NCBI GenBank assembly: GCA_963843145.1
Contig: CAWJJC010000020.1
Coordinates: 384,001-448,000 of the forward strand
DNA length: 64,000 nucleotides
DNA from: an uncultured delta proteobacterium
GTDB lineage: Bacteria > Desulfobacterota > RBG-13-43-22
Direction of reading: 5' to 3'
Of this stretch, positions 30,392 to 39,977 are shown one piece after another. Numbering within the stretch: position 1 is the first letter of the stretch; every line of letters begins with the position of its first letter. The position numbers were made by a program, and so were the translations under genes. Below the pieces are notes generated by a model. The model ran no database searches and was not told the origin of the DNA. It saw only the letters and a program-made list of their open reading frames with translations.

Positions 30392-32245
30392 TTATCGAAT
30401 AACCACTGCCCCGAACTTGCAGGCTTCATAGCAGATCCCGCATTTTATGCAGAGGCCCTGGTCCAGAAGATGCGGTCCTTTTTTTTCTCCGGCAATGGCT
30501 TCCTTCGGACATTTACGCGCACAGACCTGGCAGCCGGTACAGGCCCGTTCGTCGATCTCGTAATGGAAAAGCGGTTTGCAGACCCCGGCCGGACACTTCT
30601 TGTCCCGAATGTGGGCCTCGTACTCTTCCCGAAAATATAAAATGGTGGTCAACACCGGATTGGGGGCCGAGGTCCCCAAGCCGCATAAAGAAAACCGCTG
30701 AATCGTCTCTCCTAACTCCTGAAGGAGTTCGATATCACCCTCCTGTCCGTGCCCCGCACAGATCCCCGTCAAAATTTCCAGAATCTGTTTGATCCCTTCC
30801 CGACAGGGAATGCACTGACCGCAGGATTCCTCCTTGAGAAAATCCATAAAATAGCGGGCCACATCCACCATGCAGGTGTCTTGATCCATGACGATCATCC
30901 CGCCGGAACCCATCATCGATCCCACTTTGGTCAGTTCATCAAAATCAACGCTCAGATCAAGAAACCGTTCAGGGATGCATCCTCCCGAAGGGCCGCCGGT
31001 TTGAACCGCTTTAAACTTTTTCTTTTTCGGAATGCCGCCCCCGATGTCATAAATAATTTTTCTCAGGGTGGTACCCATGGGGACCTCGACCAGTCCGGTG
31101 TTGACTACTTTCCCCACCAAGGAAAAAATCTTGGTCCCTTTGCTGTGGGGGGTGCCGATGGAAGCATACCAGTCCGGACCGTTATTCAAGATCACCGGGA
31201 CATTGGCCCAGGTTTCCACATTGTTGAGCAGGGAGGGATTTTGACGAAAACCCTTTTCCACCGTATGAATGTATTTGGCCCGGGGCCGCCCGGCTTTCCC
31301 TTCCAGTGAAGTCATTAAAGCGGTGGATTCTCCGCAGACAAAAGCCCCCCCGCCACGGCTGATATGAAGATCAAAATCAAAACCGGAGCCCAGGATGTCG
31401 CTGCCCAACAACCCGTATTCTCGCGCTTTTTCCAGGGCCAGCGTCAAATTTTTCACCGCCAGCGGATATTCGTGGCGCACATAAACATAGCCCTTCCGGG
31501 ATCCAACGGCCAGGGCGCCGATGATCATTCCTTCGAGGACACTGTGGGGGTTCCCTTCCAACAGGCTCCTGTCCATATACGCTCCGGGATCTCCCTCGTC
31601 GGCGTTGCAAATGACGTAGCGATCGCCGTCAAACTTCCGGCACGATTGCCACTTTATGCCCGTCGGAAATCCACCGCCGCCCCGTCCCCGCAACCCGGAG
31701 CTTTTGATGATCTCAATAATTTTTTCGGGGGTCTCGTCAAACAAGGCCTTTTCCAAGGCGGCATAGCCGCCTAAACCGATATAATCCTCAATACTGGTGG
31801 GATCCAGGAGGCCGTTGTTTCCGAAAATGATTCTCTTTTGAAGCCGGTAGAACGGGATGTCCTCTTCTCGGACAATCTTCTTTTTACTGGTCGGGTCTCT
31901 AAAAACAAGCGACTCGACCAGCGCTCCGGTCTTAATGGTCTTCTCTAAAATTTCGGGAACATTTTCCGCCTTAACCTGGGGGTAGAAAATGCCCTCCGGG
32001 TGAATCACCATAATCGGTCCTTTTTCACAAAACCCGTGACAACCCGTCAGCTTGACTTCGACCTCCTCTTGTAAGTTTTGTTGCTTCAATTCCTGAATCA
32101 GGGCCTGATAAACGTTTTCGGTTCCGTAGGCCCCGCAGCCCGAGCCGGCACACAAAGAAATCAGCTTCTTTTTTACCTCCCGGCCTTGGGCCTGAAGGGA
32201 CTGTCGTAAGGCGATCAGCGCGGTTCTATCTTCTAACCTGGGCAT
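30392..32245 (-). CDS. nuoF: NuoF/HydB-like NADH- and FMN-binding subunit
   Basis: [49 protein letters not shown]-terminal 2[4Fe-4S]. Confidence 0.95.
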   Translation of the reverse strand: MPRLEDRTALIALRQSLQAQGREVKKKLISLCAGSGCGAYGTENVYQALIQELKQQNLQEEVEVKLTGCHGFCEKGPIMVIHPEGIFYPQVKAENVPEILEKTIKTGALVESLVFRDPTSKKKIVREEDIPFYRLQKRIIFGNNGLLDPTSIEDYIGLGGYAALEKALFDETPEKIIEIIKSSGLRGRGGGGFPTGIKWQSCRKFDGDRYVICNADEGDPGAYMDRSLLEGNPHSVLEGMIIGALAVGSRKGYVYVRHEYPLAVKNLTLALEKAREYGLLGSDILGSGFDFDLHISRGGGAFVCGESTALMTSLEGKAGRPRAKYIHTVEKGFRQNPSLLNNVETWANVPVILNNGPDWYASIGTPHSKGTKIFSLVGKVVNTGLVEVPMGTTLRKIIYDIGGGIPKKKKFKAVQTGGPSGGCIPERFLDLSVDFDELTKVGSMMGSGGMIVMDQDTCMVDVARYFMDFLKEESCGQCIPCREGIKQILEILTGICAGHGQEGDIELLQELGETIQRFSLCGLGTSAPNPVLTTILYFREEYEAHIRDKKCPAGVCKPLFHYEIDERACTGCQVCARKCPKEAIAGEKKGPHLLDQGLCIKCGICYEACKFGAVVIR

Positions 32246-32269
32246 GGTACGTTAATCCCTCCAACCCCA

Positions 32270-32773
32270 TCAACCGGTAGGGGGCCTGTTTTTATATTTA
32301 TCGATCACTTTCAGGACGCTGCTGCGATCCAGCCCGCCATGGGTTTGACGATTCACCGTAATCACCGGGCCTGAGGCGCAACAACCGATACAACGAACGG
32401 ACTCCAGGGTAAAAAGCCGATCGGCGGAGGTCTGACCCTTCTGAATTTCTAATTTTTCTTCCAAGGCGTCAATAATCTTATCCGCTCCCCGTACGTGGCA
32501 GGCCGTCCCGGTGCAGACGTTAACGATATATTTTCCCCGGGGCTCCAGGCTTAAGGCCTTATAAAAAGTGGCCACCCCGTAAATCAAACTTTCCTTTAAA
32601 TGAAGTTCTTGGGCCAGGAGCGGAACCACTTCGGGAGGCACAAAATTATACAGATCGCTGATATCCTGCAAAATCATCAGCAGCGCCTCTTGGTTTCCAC
32701 CATATTTTTCGATGATCTCGTCGACCTTCTGCCGATCAATTTGGATGTGGCTTTCCATGACGTTACTTACCAT
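32270..32773 (-). CDS. nuoE: NuoE/HydC-like [2Fe-2S] subunit
   Basis: GVATFY, VCTGTACHVRG, CIGCCASGP. Confidence 0.93.
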   Translation of the reverse strand: MVSNVMESHIQIDRQKVDEIIEKYGGNQEALLMILQDISDLYNFVPPEVVPLLAQELHLKESLIYGVATFYKALSLEPRGKYIVNVCTGTACHVRGADKIIDALEEKLEIQKGQTSADRLFTLESVRCIGCCASGPVITVNRQTHGGLDRSSVLKVIDKYKNRPPTG

Positions 32774-32885
32774 AATTTTTTTTATTCGAAAAAGGGTGGT
32801 TATGATTTTTACAACGCCCCGTGCTTCCAGAACCCGTTTCGCTCAGACGAGTTCATTTCGGGGGTATTCCGGAATCCGCTACCCG

Positions 32886-33302
32886 TCAGCCGGCCTGTAC
32901 TTGATACCGTACGGGGCAATGTTCAATACAGGCGCCACAGCCGGTGCAGAGATCCGCATCGACATAGCGAGCGCGTTTTCTGACCATCACTTTGAATTTC
33001 CCCGGTTGCCCGCTGACTCCTACCACATCGGCCAAGGTAATGATCTCGATATTCGGATTGGAAGCCACTTCGATGAGCTTGGGAGAGATCATGCAAGTCG
33101 AACAATCGTTGGTGGGGAAGGTCTTATCGAGCTGGGCCATGACGCCGCCGATGCTGACGTTTTTTTCCACCAAATAAACCTTGAAACCGGCATTAGCCAG
33201 ATCCAACGCGGATTGCATGCCGGAAATCCCGGCGCCCACCACCAGTACGGCTCCATTTATTTCTTTTTCCCTAAGGGACGATTCAACGGCAGATGATTCC
33301 AT
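32886..33302 (-). CDS. hdrA: Stand-alone HdrA N-terminal fragment (138 aa)
   Basis: [39 protein letters not shown], then stop. Confidence 0.88.
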   Translation of the reverse strand: MESSAVESSLREKEINGAVLVVGAGISGMQSALDLANAGFKVYLVEKNVSIGGVMAQLDKTFPTNDCSTCMISPKLIEVASNPNIEIITLADVVGVSGQPGKFKVMVRKRARYVDADLCTGCGACIEHCPVRYQVQAG

Positions 33303-33303
33303 T

Positions 33304-34164
33304 TTAGATCAATCCCTTTCTTTCCAGGAGGGGTAGGGGGTTGACGAGGTGCCGGGAGAGCCAGGTTTTTACCTCGGGAATATTCCAGGCCACGCCGATC
33401 AGTTCGGTAAAATAGTAAACCGGCAGATCGTATTTCTTTTTAAACAGCTCGGCGATCTTGGCCTGAGGCATATCCAGGTTGGCCTGGCACATCTGGCAGG
33501 AGACGACGATGGCCTCGGCCCCCGCCTCCAGAGCCCGCTCATAGAGCCGCTGCACCAGGGTGTGAACAATATCCGGGCGGGATATGGTATGGCTGGCCCC
33601 GCAACAGTCGGTCTTATAAGACCAGTCCGGAACCGTGGCCCCCAGGGCTTTTAGCAAGGTATCCATATTCTGGGGGTTTTCGTGTTCGCTCGCCCCAGTG
33701 ATTTTGGGAGGACGGTTGGCCATGCACCCATAGTAAGCAACCAGTGAAAGCCCCTGGAGGGGCTGCTTGACCTGGGCTTGGATTTGAGCCAGCCAGACCG
33801 GTTGGCTTAAGAAATCCAAAAGATCCCAGACCTTGATCCGCCCGGAAAAAGTATAGGGAAGGCCTTCCCCTGCCCCTTGCTCCAGTTCATGGCCGGCTGT
33901 TTTTAAGCGGTTGAAACACATGGGGCAGGGTACCACTACATCCAACCCGGCCTGCTCGGCCAGGGCTAAATTCCGGGCCGGCAAGGCCAGGGATAAAAAT
34001 TTGTCCGTGCTGTGCGCCGCCGTGGCCCCGCAACAGCTCCAATCATTGATCTCGGCCAGCTCAATCCCCAACTGGTTACACACATATTCCAGCGATTCCC
34101 GGTAGTCCCGGGCCGTGGCCTCCAGCGAACAGCCTGGATAGTAGGAAACTTTCATAGCGTTCAT
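33304..34164 (-). CDS. hdrB: Heterodisulfide reductase subunit B
   Basis: YYPGCSL, WSCCGA, CPMC, YYGC, DCCGAS, CQMCQANLD; ATGA overlap with hdrC. Confidence 0.95.
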   Translation of the reverse strand: MNAMKVSYYPGCSLEATARDYRESLEYVCNQLGIELAEINDWSCCGATAAHSTDKFLSLALPARNLALAEQAGLDVVVPCPMCFNRLKTAGHELEQGAGEGLPYTFSGRIKVWDLLDFLSQPVWLAQIQAQVKQPLQGLSLVAYYGCMANRPPKITGASEHENPQNMDTLLKALGATVPDWSYKTDCCGASHTISRPDIVHTLVQRLYERALEAGAEAIVVSCQMCQANLDMPQAKIAELFKKKYDLPVYYFTELIGVAWNIPEVKTWLSRHLVNPLPLLERKGLI

Positions 34165-34760
34165 CCTTGATCCTTTAGCCTTGCTCCTCGTTCCTGGAAA
34201 AGCTGTCGAACTTCGTCCTTCCCTTTGATCGAGTGGGGCAACAGGTTCAGCCTCCCCTTCCGGTACATGGTCCAACCCAGGCGCAGCTCCTCCAGGATGG
34301 ACAGGTCTTTCAATTTAGTGAAAGCCTCGCCACTCTTGAGCAGATAGTTTTGCATCAGCCCCGATTCAAAGATCCGACCCCGTTTGCGGATATCGTCTAA
34401 AAAGACCTGGTGAAAGGTCAGGACCTTCCCCTCCCGGGCCTTCGATTTCTCCCGCACCACCGTCTGCTTCAGGTAGTCCATAGCCCCGGCGATATCCACC
34501 TCGTTCGGGCACCGGGTGGTGCAGGTCTCGCAGGAGGCGCAGACCCAGATGGTCGAACTGTTCAAGACCGGCTCCCGGATCCCCAACTGAATATAGCGCA
34601 TCACCTGGTCGGGATAAAGATCCATGGCAAAGGTCACCGGACAGCCATTGGTGCATTTCCGGCACTGGTAACAGGCCGAAACCTTTACTCCGCTCCCGCT
34701 CTCGACTTCTTCCAGAAATCCCGATTTCAAGACCAAGTATTCTTCTTCCCGCTGCTCCAT
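34161..34760 (-). CDS. hdrC: Heterodisulfide reductase subunit C
   Basis: CYQCRKCTNGCP, IWVCASCETCTTRCP. Confidence 0.95.
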   Translation of the reverse strand: MEQREEEYLVLKSGFLEEVESGSGVKVSACYQCRKCTNGCPVTFAMDLYPDQVMRYIQLGIREPVLNSSTIWVCASCETCTTRCPNEVDIAGAMDYLKQTVVREKSKAREGKVLTFHQVFLDDIRKRGRIFESGLMQNYLLKSGEAFTKLKDLSILEELRLGWTMYRKGRLNLLPHSIKGKDEVRQLFQERGARLKDQG

Positions 34761-34865
34761 AATATTCCCTTGAATAACTTGAATAAGATGTCCGTCGTTA
34801 ACTAAGCCCGCCTAACCCTTCCTATCCGCTGGGGATTCTAGGGAGCCGGAACCTTTCCTATTCCA

Positions 34866-35258
34866 TTAAACGACCAGGCGCTGGAGGCTGCTTAACAGTT
34901 CCTCCGCCTCGGGGGGTTTTTCAATATAGGCCTCGGGTTCGGGGATGGAGGCGCCATGGTAACGGTCCAGCTCCTTGTGCGAGTGAAAAAAAGTCTTCTT
35001 AGATACCGCGGAACACATGATCACCGGGATATGTTTGGTGGCCTCATTGGATTTAATTTCCCGGTATAATTTCAGGCCGCTTTCCTTGGGCATCATCACA
35101 TCCAAAATAATGCCTTCCGGCTTATTTTCTTTAATCATCTTCAGTCCTTCTTCCCCATCCTTGGCCACAATAGGTTTATAGCCGTTGGTTTCCAGCAGGG
35201 TAGAGATAAAAATGCGAATGTCCATTTCATCATCCACCACCAAAATTTTCTTTTTCAT
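34866..35258 (-). CDS. Single-domain response regulator
   Basis: ILVVDDE, LDVMMP, YIEKP. Confidence 0.92.
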   Translation of the reverse strand: MKKKILVVDDEMDIRIFISTLLETNGYKPIVAKDGEEGLKMIKENKPEGIILDVMMPKESGLKLYREIKSNEATKHIPVIMCSAVSKKTFFHSHKELDRYHGASIPEPEAYIEKPPEAEELLSSLQRLVV

Positions 35259-35275
35259 GTCTCCCTCCCTGGTTC

Positions 35276-35752
35276 CTAAAGTTTAAAAATTTTCCCGGGT
35301 AAGCGGATGGCCATTACGGTGCAATGGGCCCGACGGGCTACGTTTTCCGCCGTGCTGCCGAAGGTCGTTTTGTCCAGCTCCGAGCTGCCGGAAGCGCCCA
35401 GGACAATGAAATCCACGTCATGGGCCCGGGCAAAGCGAACGATCTCCACGAAAGGGACGCCGGCCACGACCTGATATTCATAATTCTGAAAACTCCCCAT
35501 TTTGGCCCCATACTTCTCTTTGAGTTTCTGTACCCCCTTTTCCATCACTTCCGGAGACATGAAAAACTCTTCTCCCCCTTCAGACTGCTCATCCACTACC
35601 TGCCGGGTGTACTTGTGAGGAGAGTGGAGCACGTGGAAAACGATGAGGTGCGCCTGATATTTCTCCGCCATGTCCCAGGCCGTAAGAAAGGCATAATCGG
35701 CATCCTCGGAAAAATCAGTGCAGTAAAGAATGTTCTTGTATTTCAGTTCCAT
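35276..35752 (-). CDS. Universal stress protein
   Basis: YKNILYCTDFS, GVPFVEIVRFA, FGSTAENVARRA; ATG 35752. Confidence 0.92.
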   Translation of the reverse strand: MELKYKNILYCTDFSEDADYAFLTAWDMAEKYQAHLIVFHVLHSPHKYTRQVVDEQSEGGEEFFMSPEVMEKGVQKLKEKYGAKMGSFQNYEYQVVAGVPFVEIVRFARAHDVDFIVLGASGSSELDKTTFGSTAENVARRAHCTVMAIRLPGKIFKL

Positions 35753-35799
35753 AAGGGCCTCCTGGATAAAAAGGTTTGCCTCACTCGGCTTTCTCAAAC

Positions 35800-35816
35800 T
35801 GCATCTTCCATACCAA
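35800..35816 (-). promoter_or_regulatory. Putative sigma-54 promoter for usp-RR(-hdrCBA...)
   Basis: Minus strand TTGGTATGGAAGATGCA (GG-N10-GC), 48 bp before the usp ATG. Confidence 0.55.
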
Positions 35817-35990
35817 ATGGTTCACAAAAAAACCTCAGTCCCACCCTCCCGGTCTCCGTTTCCTTTTCAACCCACTGATTTTGCATAGTTAAATAGTTTA
35901 AAAGGCCGGCTCCCTTTCGAATCGACATTAAAAGTGTAGGCTTGCGGAGGGATTTGGCTGGGCCAGGGATTCTTGATTCTTCGAAACCGA

Positions 35991-36017
35991 ACGTTGCATG
36001 CTACAACATTTGTTGCA
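35991..36017. promoter_or_regulatory. Putative enhancer (bEBP binding site); similar copy at 39953-39980
   Basis: ACGTTGCATGCTACAACATTTGTTGCA vs ACGTTGCATCCGTGCAACATCTGTTTCA. Confidence 0.5.
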
Positions 36018-36045
36018 AGCCCATTCATTTCATGTCCTGCCTTTC

Positions 36046-37602
36046 TCAAGCTGCCGGCTGAGAGTGAGTCGTCGGTTCGTTCCGCTGTCTTTTGGGCAAG
36101 ATGACCTGAAAGACCGCGCCTTGCTGGGGAGCGGATTCCACCCGGATCTCTCCCTCATGTTCCTGGACGATTTTATGGGAAAGCAGCAATCCCAGCCCGG
36201 TTCCCCGCGAACCCTTGGTGCTGAAAAAAATGGTAAACAATTTTTTCCGAACTTCGGCCGACATTCCCAGCCCGTTGTCCCGGACTTCCAACAGGATCTT
36301 TTCTTCCGGCAGGGACCGACTGCGAATGATCGTTTCCGGTTCGGAAGGCAGACCCTCCCCCAAGGTGCAGGCATCGATGGCATTTCCCACCAGATTGGCC
36401 AGGACTTGATATATTTCCCTGGGGTCCAAGGACAAGGGCTCCATATTTTCATCGAGGTCGAGCTTTAATCGTACCCCTCGCTCGGCGGCCTGATCCCGAT
36501 ACAGTTCATACACTTCTCGAATCAGATCATTGGGTTGAACGATTTCCCATTCCGGATCCCGTTCCTTACAGAAGGACAGGAGATCCATCGTCAGTTGAGA
36601 TATTTTTTCTATATTTCGCTCCACCATGGCCCACCCGTCCTGGAGGTACTTCATTTCCTTAATTTCCAGTCCTTTATTCACCATGAACCGGCCGCCTTTA
36701 AGCCCTCCCAAAATATTCTTGATCGCGTGGGCCATGCCGGCTACGGTCTGGCCGGTGGCGGCCAGGCGCTCAGCCCGCAGCAACTCTTTCTGCAGGCGAT
36801 CCATTTCCCGCTGGTCTTGGAGACAGCAGATACCGCCGATAATTTGGCCGTTCTCCAGGAGCAAGTTGCCGGAAAGCTGAACCGGGATGTTTTCCTGGGT
36901 TTTGCAGATCAAAAGGCTCCTTTTGATCAGGCATCGGTTTTTTATCGGCCCGAACTCCTGTCCCTGAATCGCTTGGGAGACAAACTCGCTCCACTCGGGA
37001 ACCAACCGGATCAGGGGGTCAGGAATTCCCTGCAGTTCCTCTAGGGTATATCCGGAAAGGGTTTGAGCGCTCTGGTTGAATAAAATGATTTTCCCTTGCC
37101 GATCGGTGCCGACGAAGGCATCCAATGAGCTTTGCAGTAGATTTTCCTGAAGGGTGAAGTTTTTTTTCAGTTCCTCGGTGGCTTCGCGGACTTGGATTTT
37201 TAAATTCTCGTTATAGCGCTTGAGGGCCCGCCGCCAAGCCAATTTTTCTTCGGCCCTTCGGAGCGCCACAAAGAGGGCCTCGTCGTGAATCGGCTTGGTG
37301 ATAAAATCGGAGGCATCCAATTGCAACGATTGGATGGCCACTTCCATCTCGCCGTGGCCGGTAATGACAATCACTTCGGTGTCCGGGCTCAGGGCCTTGA
37401 CTCGACGTAGGACCTCCATTCCGTCCAGGCCCGGCATTTTAATGTCGGTCAGGATAATCTCTGGAGCTTCCTCCTGGAACAGCTCCATCCCCCGTTCCCC
37501 ATCTATAGCGATGGATACCGGATAGCCGGCATCCCGTAAGGAAATCCCCAATAGTTTCCGGATCCCTTCCTCGTCATCGATCAACAGTATCTTGGGTTTC
37601 AT
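36046..37602 (-). CDS. Hybrid REC-PAS-histidine kinase
   Basis: LLIDDE receiver, AGMAHAIKN H-box, DNGLGM, FFSTKGSRGTGLGL. Confidence 0.93.
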   Translation of the reverse strand: MKPKILLIDDEEGIRKLLGISLRDAGYPVSIAIDGERGMELFQEEAPEIILTDIKMPGLDGMEVLRRVKALSPDTEVIVITGHGEMEVAIQSLQLDASDFITKPIHDEALFVALRRAEEKLAWRRALKRYNENLKIQVREATEELKKNFTLQENLLQSSLDAFVGTDRQGKIILFNQSAQTLSGYTLEELQGIPDPLIRLVPEWSEFVSQAIQGQEFGPIKNRCLIKRSLLICKTQENIPVQLSGNLLLENGQIIGGICCLQDQREMDRLQKELLRAERLAATGQTVAGMAHAIKNILGGLKGGRFMVNKGLEIKEMKYLQDGWAMVERNIEKISQLTMDLLSFCKERDPEWEIVQPNDLIREVYELYRDQAAERGVRLKLDLDENMEPLSLDPREIYQVLANLVGNAIDACTLGEGLPSEPETIIRSRSLPEEKILLEVRDNGLGMSAEVRKKLFTIFFSTKGSRGTGLGLLLSHKIVQEHEGEIRVESAPQQGAVFQVILPKRQRNEPTTHSQPAA

Positions 37603-39896
37603 AAATTAGCCTTTGGTTCTTTCTCCTCCCGGTATGGCGGGAAGAGGATGATAAAAGTCGTTCCTTTCCCAGGAGCGCTTTCCACCCGAATTTCGCCCTG
37701 GTAATCCCGGACAATTCCGTAACTGATCGAAAGACCCAATCCGGTCCCCTGCCCCACCCCTTTGGTTGAAAAAAACGGTTCGAAAATCTTGCTTTGAGTT
37801 TCGGAGGAGATCCCGCACCCGTTATCCGCAAAAACGATTTTCACCCGACCCTCCGTAAAACGGGTGGAAATTTTGATTTCTTTTTTAGTGACCACCTGTT
37901 CCTCCAGGGCATCCCGGGCGTTCATGGCCAGATTGATGAAAACCTGCTCCAGACGATTTTTATCGGCCAGCACCGGGGGCAATTCGGGATCCAGATCCAA
38001 GAAAACCTTGATTTGCCGTAGCTCCAACTGCTTGCCGATGACCGTCAGCGTCCCCTGGATGGCTTCGTTGACCTGGGTCGGCGCGGTGAGGATCTCCGTC
38101 TTCCGGCCGAATTCCCGGAGGTGATTGATGATTCGGGAGGCCCGATCCACCTGACTATCCATTTCTTCCGCAATGGTACTCAGGGTGTCCTCGGGGATCA
38201 CCTGCCGCTGGCGGACCTTGCGAAGAAGGAAGCTGCTGCCTGTTTTAATAACGGTCAGGGGCTGATTCAATTCGTGCGCTACCCCGGCAGACATTTCTCC
38301 GAGGGTGGCCATCTTGCTGGCCTGCATCAATTGCTGTTCCGTCTGGATTCGTTCGGTAATATCGTTGGTGGTGATAATATAAACCGGGGTATCCCGGTAC
38401 ATCCCTTCCGAACAGCGCAAATTGACATAAAAGGAAGCTCCGGATTGATCGAGCTGTTTTAATTTGCCCAAGAAATTTTTCCGTTCCCGGAAGAAAGCCC
38501 GTAAGGCTTCCCGGTAATCTTCGGACACCAGATCAAAAAATGTTTTTTGTACTAACTCGGGCTTGTCAAAACCATACAAATCCAAAGCCCGGGCATTGGC
38601 ATCCATGACCTCAAAATCGGCCCGTCGCACCACGAAAATGGGGCTGGGATCGTTATCGAAAATCAGCCGGTAGGCCTTTTCGGACTTTATCAGTTCCTCT
38701 TCCAGAACCTTCAGGTTGGTGATGTTGGTGGATAGTTCCATAACCGATACAATCTCCTTCTTCTCGTTGAAGATCGGAGCGGTGTAAATGAGCATATAAG
38801 CCTTTTTTCCGTCTTTGGTGGTGACTACCTCCTCATTGCTGTACACCGCGCCGGTTAAAAAGGTTTTTTCCACGCTGCAATTGGGACATTTATCATCCCG
38901 ATGCTTATACACCTCATAACAATGGGCCCCGTCGGAGCCTCCGAAATCCTTTCTAAACTCCCTGTTGGTTCGGACCAAATTAAAATTTCGATCTTGAACG
39001 CTGATATAACAGGGCACACTTTCGAAAAGGGTCTGAAATTCTTTTTGGCTTTTTTCTAAAGCGGTCGTCGTAGCCAGAATCTTCAGTCGCATTTCTTCAA
39101 AGGATTGAGACAGGTCTCCAATTTCGTCGGGCGAATGGATGGTCACCGGGTGATTCAAATCTCCGGCCGCGATTTCCCGGGTGCTGACCCGCAAGCGGTT
39201 GATGGGACGATTAACGAAAAAGTAAATGCAGAAGCCTACCAGCCCGGAGGCTCCCAGGAAAAAGAAAATGGCAAAGACTATAATATTGAAGACATTTTTC
39301 CCTTTTTCCCTTTCGACTTCCTTCAGTGAAAGGATGACGTCCAGGACCCCCAGTACGGTCCGATCCGGTGGGTGGGCATGACAGGACGCCGTGCTGCAGG
39401 ATTCCTCGTTGTAAATCGGATTGATATACCCCATAACCCGGTCACCATTTTTTGGGGAAAAAATCCGGCTACGGGCGCTCAGGGGGATTCGCTCCAGAGG
39501 TTTATTTTTCTGGTGGCAACTGAAGCAGGCCTCGGCCTGAAGATTCACCGTCTGACCGATTTCCCTGGTGAGGGTGGAGTACATAATCGTCCCCTTCTTG
39601 TTGAAAATACGTATGCGCTCCACCCCGGATTGTTCTCCGGCAGCCTCGATAATTTTCAGCACGGCTTCGGGCTGATACTTCAGCATGCTGTATTTGGTGC
39701 TTTTTTTCAGCGTGTCGCTGAACATTTCGGCCGTGCCCAGGATCTTCTGAATGCTTAGGGCCTCCTGGGTCTTGATGAGGTAATAGGCATAACCCAGGAT
39801 GGTCAGGAACACCACCAGGCCCACGGAAAAACCCAATTTCAAGCTGAGGCTGTTGAAGAGTCGCTTAATGAACGGTTCGATCCAGGACTTGACCAT
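37599..39896 (-). CDS. Membrane histidine kinase with periplasmic heme-c motifs, HAMP and two PAS domains
   Basis: CFSCH and CSTASCH between two TM helices; DEIGDL HAMP; GVAHELNQPL; PFFSTKGVGQGTGLGL. Confidence 0.92.
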   Translation of the reverse strand: MVKSWIEPFIKRLFNSLSLKLGFSVGLVVFLTILGYAYYLIKTQEALSIQKILGTAEMFSDTLKKSTKYSMLKYQPEAVLKIIEAAGEQSGVERIRIFNKKGTIMYSTLTREIGQTVNLQAEACFSCHQKNKPLERIPLSARSRIFSPKNGDRVMGYINPIYNEESCSTASCHAHPPDRTVLGVLDVILSLKEVEREKGKNVFNIIVFAIFFFLGASGLVGFCIYFFVNRPINRLRVSTREIAAGDLNHPVTIHSPDEIGDLSQSFEEMRLKILATTTALEKSQKEFQTLFESVPCYISVQDRNFNLVRTNREFRKDFGGSDGAHCYEVYKHRDDKCPNCSVEKTFLTGAVYSNEEVVTTKDGKKAYMLIYTAPIFNEKKEIVSVMELSTNITNLKVLEEELIKSEKAYRLIFDNDPSPIFVVRRADFEVMDANARALDLYGFDKPELVQKTFFDLVSEDYREALRAFFRERKNFLGKLKQLDQSGASFYVNLRCSEGMYRDTPVYIITTNDITERIQTEQQLMQASKMATLGEMSAGVAHELNQPLTVIKTGSSFLLRKVRQRQVIPEDTLSTIAEEMDSQVDRASRIINHLREFGRKTEILTAPTQVNEAIQGTLTVIGKQLELRQIKVFLDLDPELPPVLADKNRLEQVFINLAMNARDALEEQVVTKKEIKISTRFTEGRVKIVFADNGCGISSETQSKIFEPFFSTKGVGQGTGLGLSISYGIVRDYQGEIRVESAPGKGTTFIILFPPYREEKEPKANL

Positions 39897-39977
39897 AAAA
39901 CTCCTTCGGGACTTTGGAAACACGGACCGGGAAAGAACAATGGACGGGACAGACGTTGCATCCGTGCAACATCTGTT

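Noticed and set aside
32886-32888. TGA ending the short hdrA as a possible third Sec codon
   Set aside because: Does not align to a Cys position and another stop follows within about 11 codons
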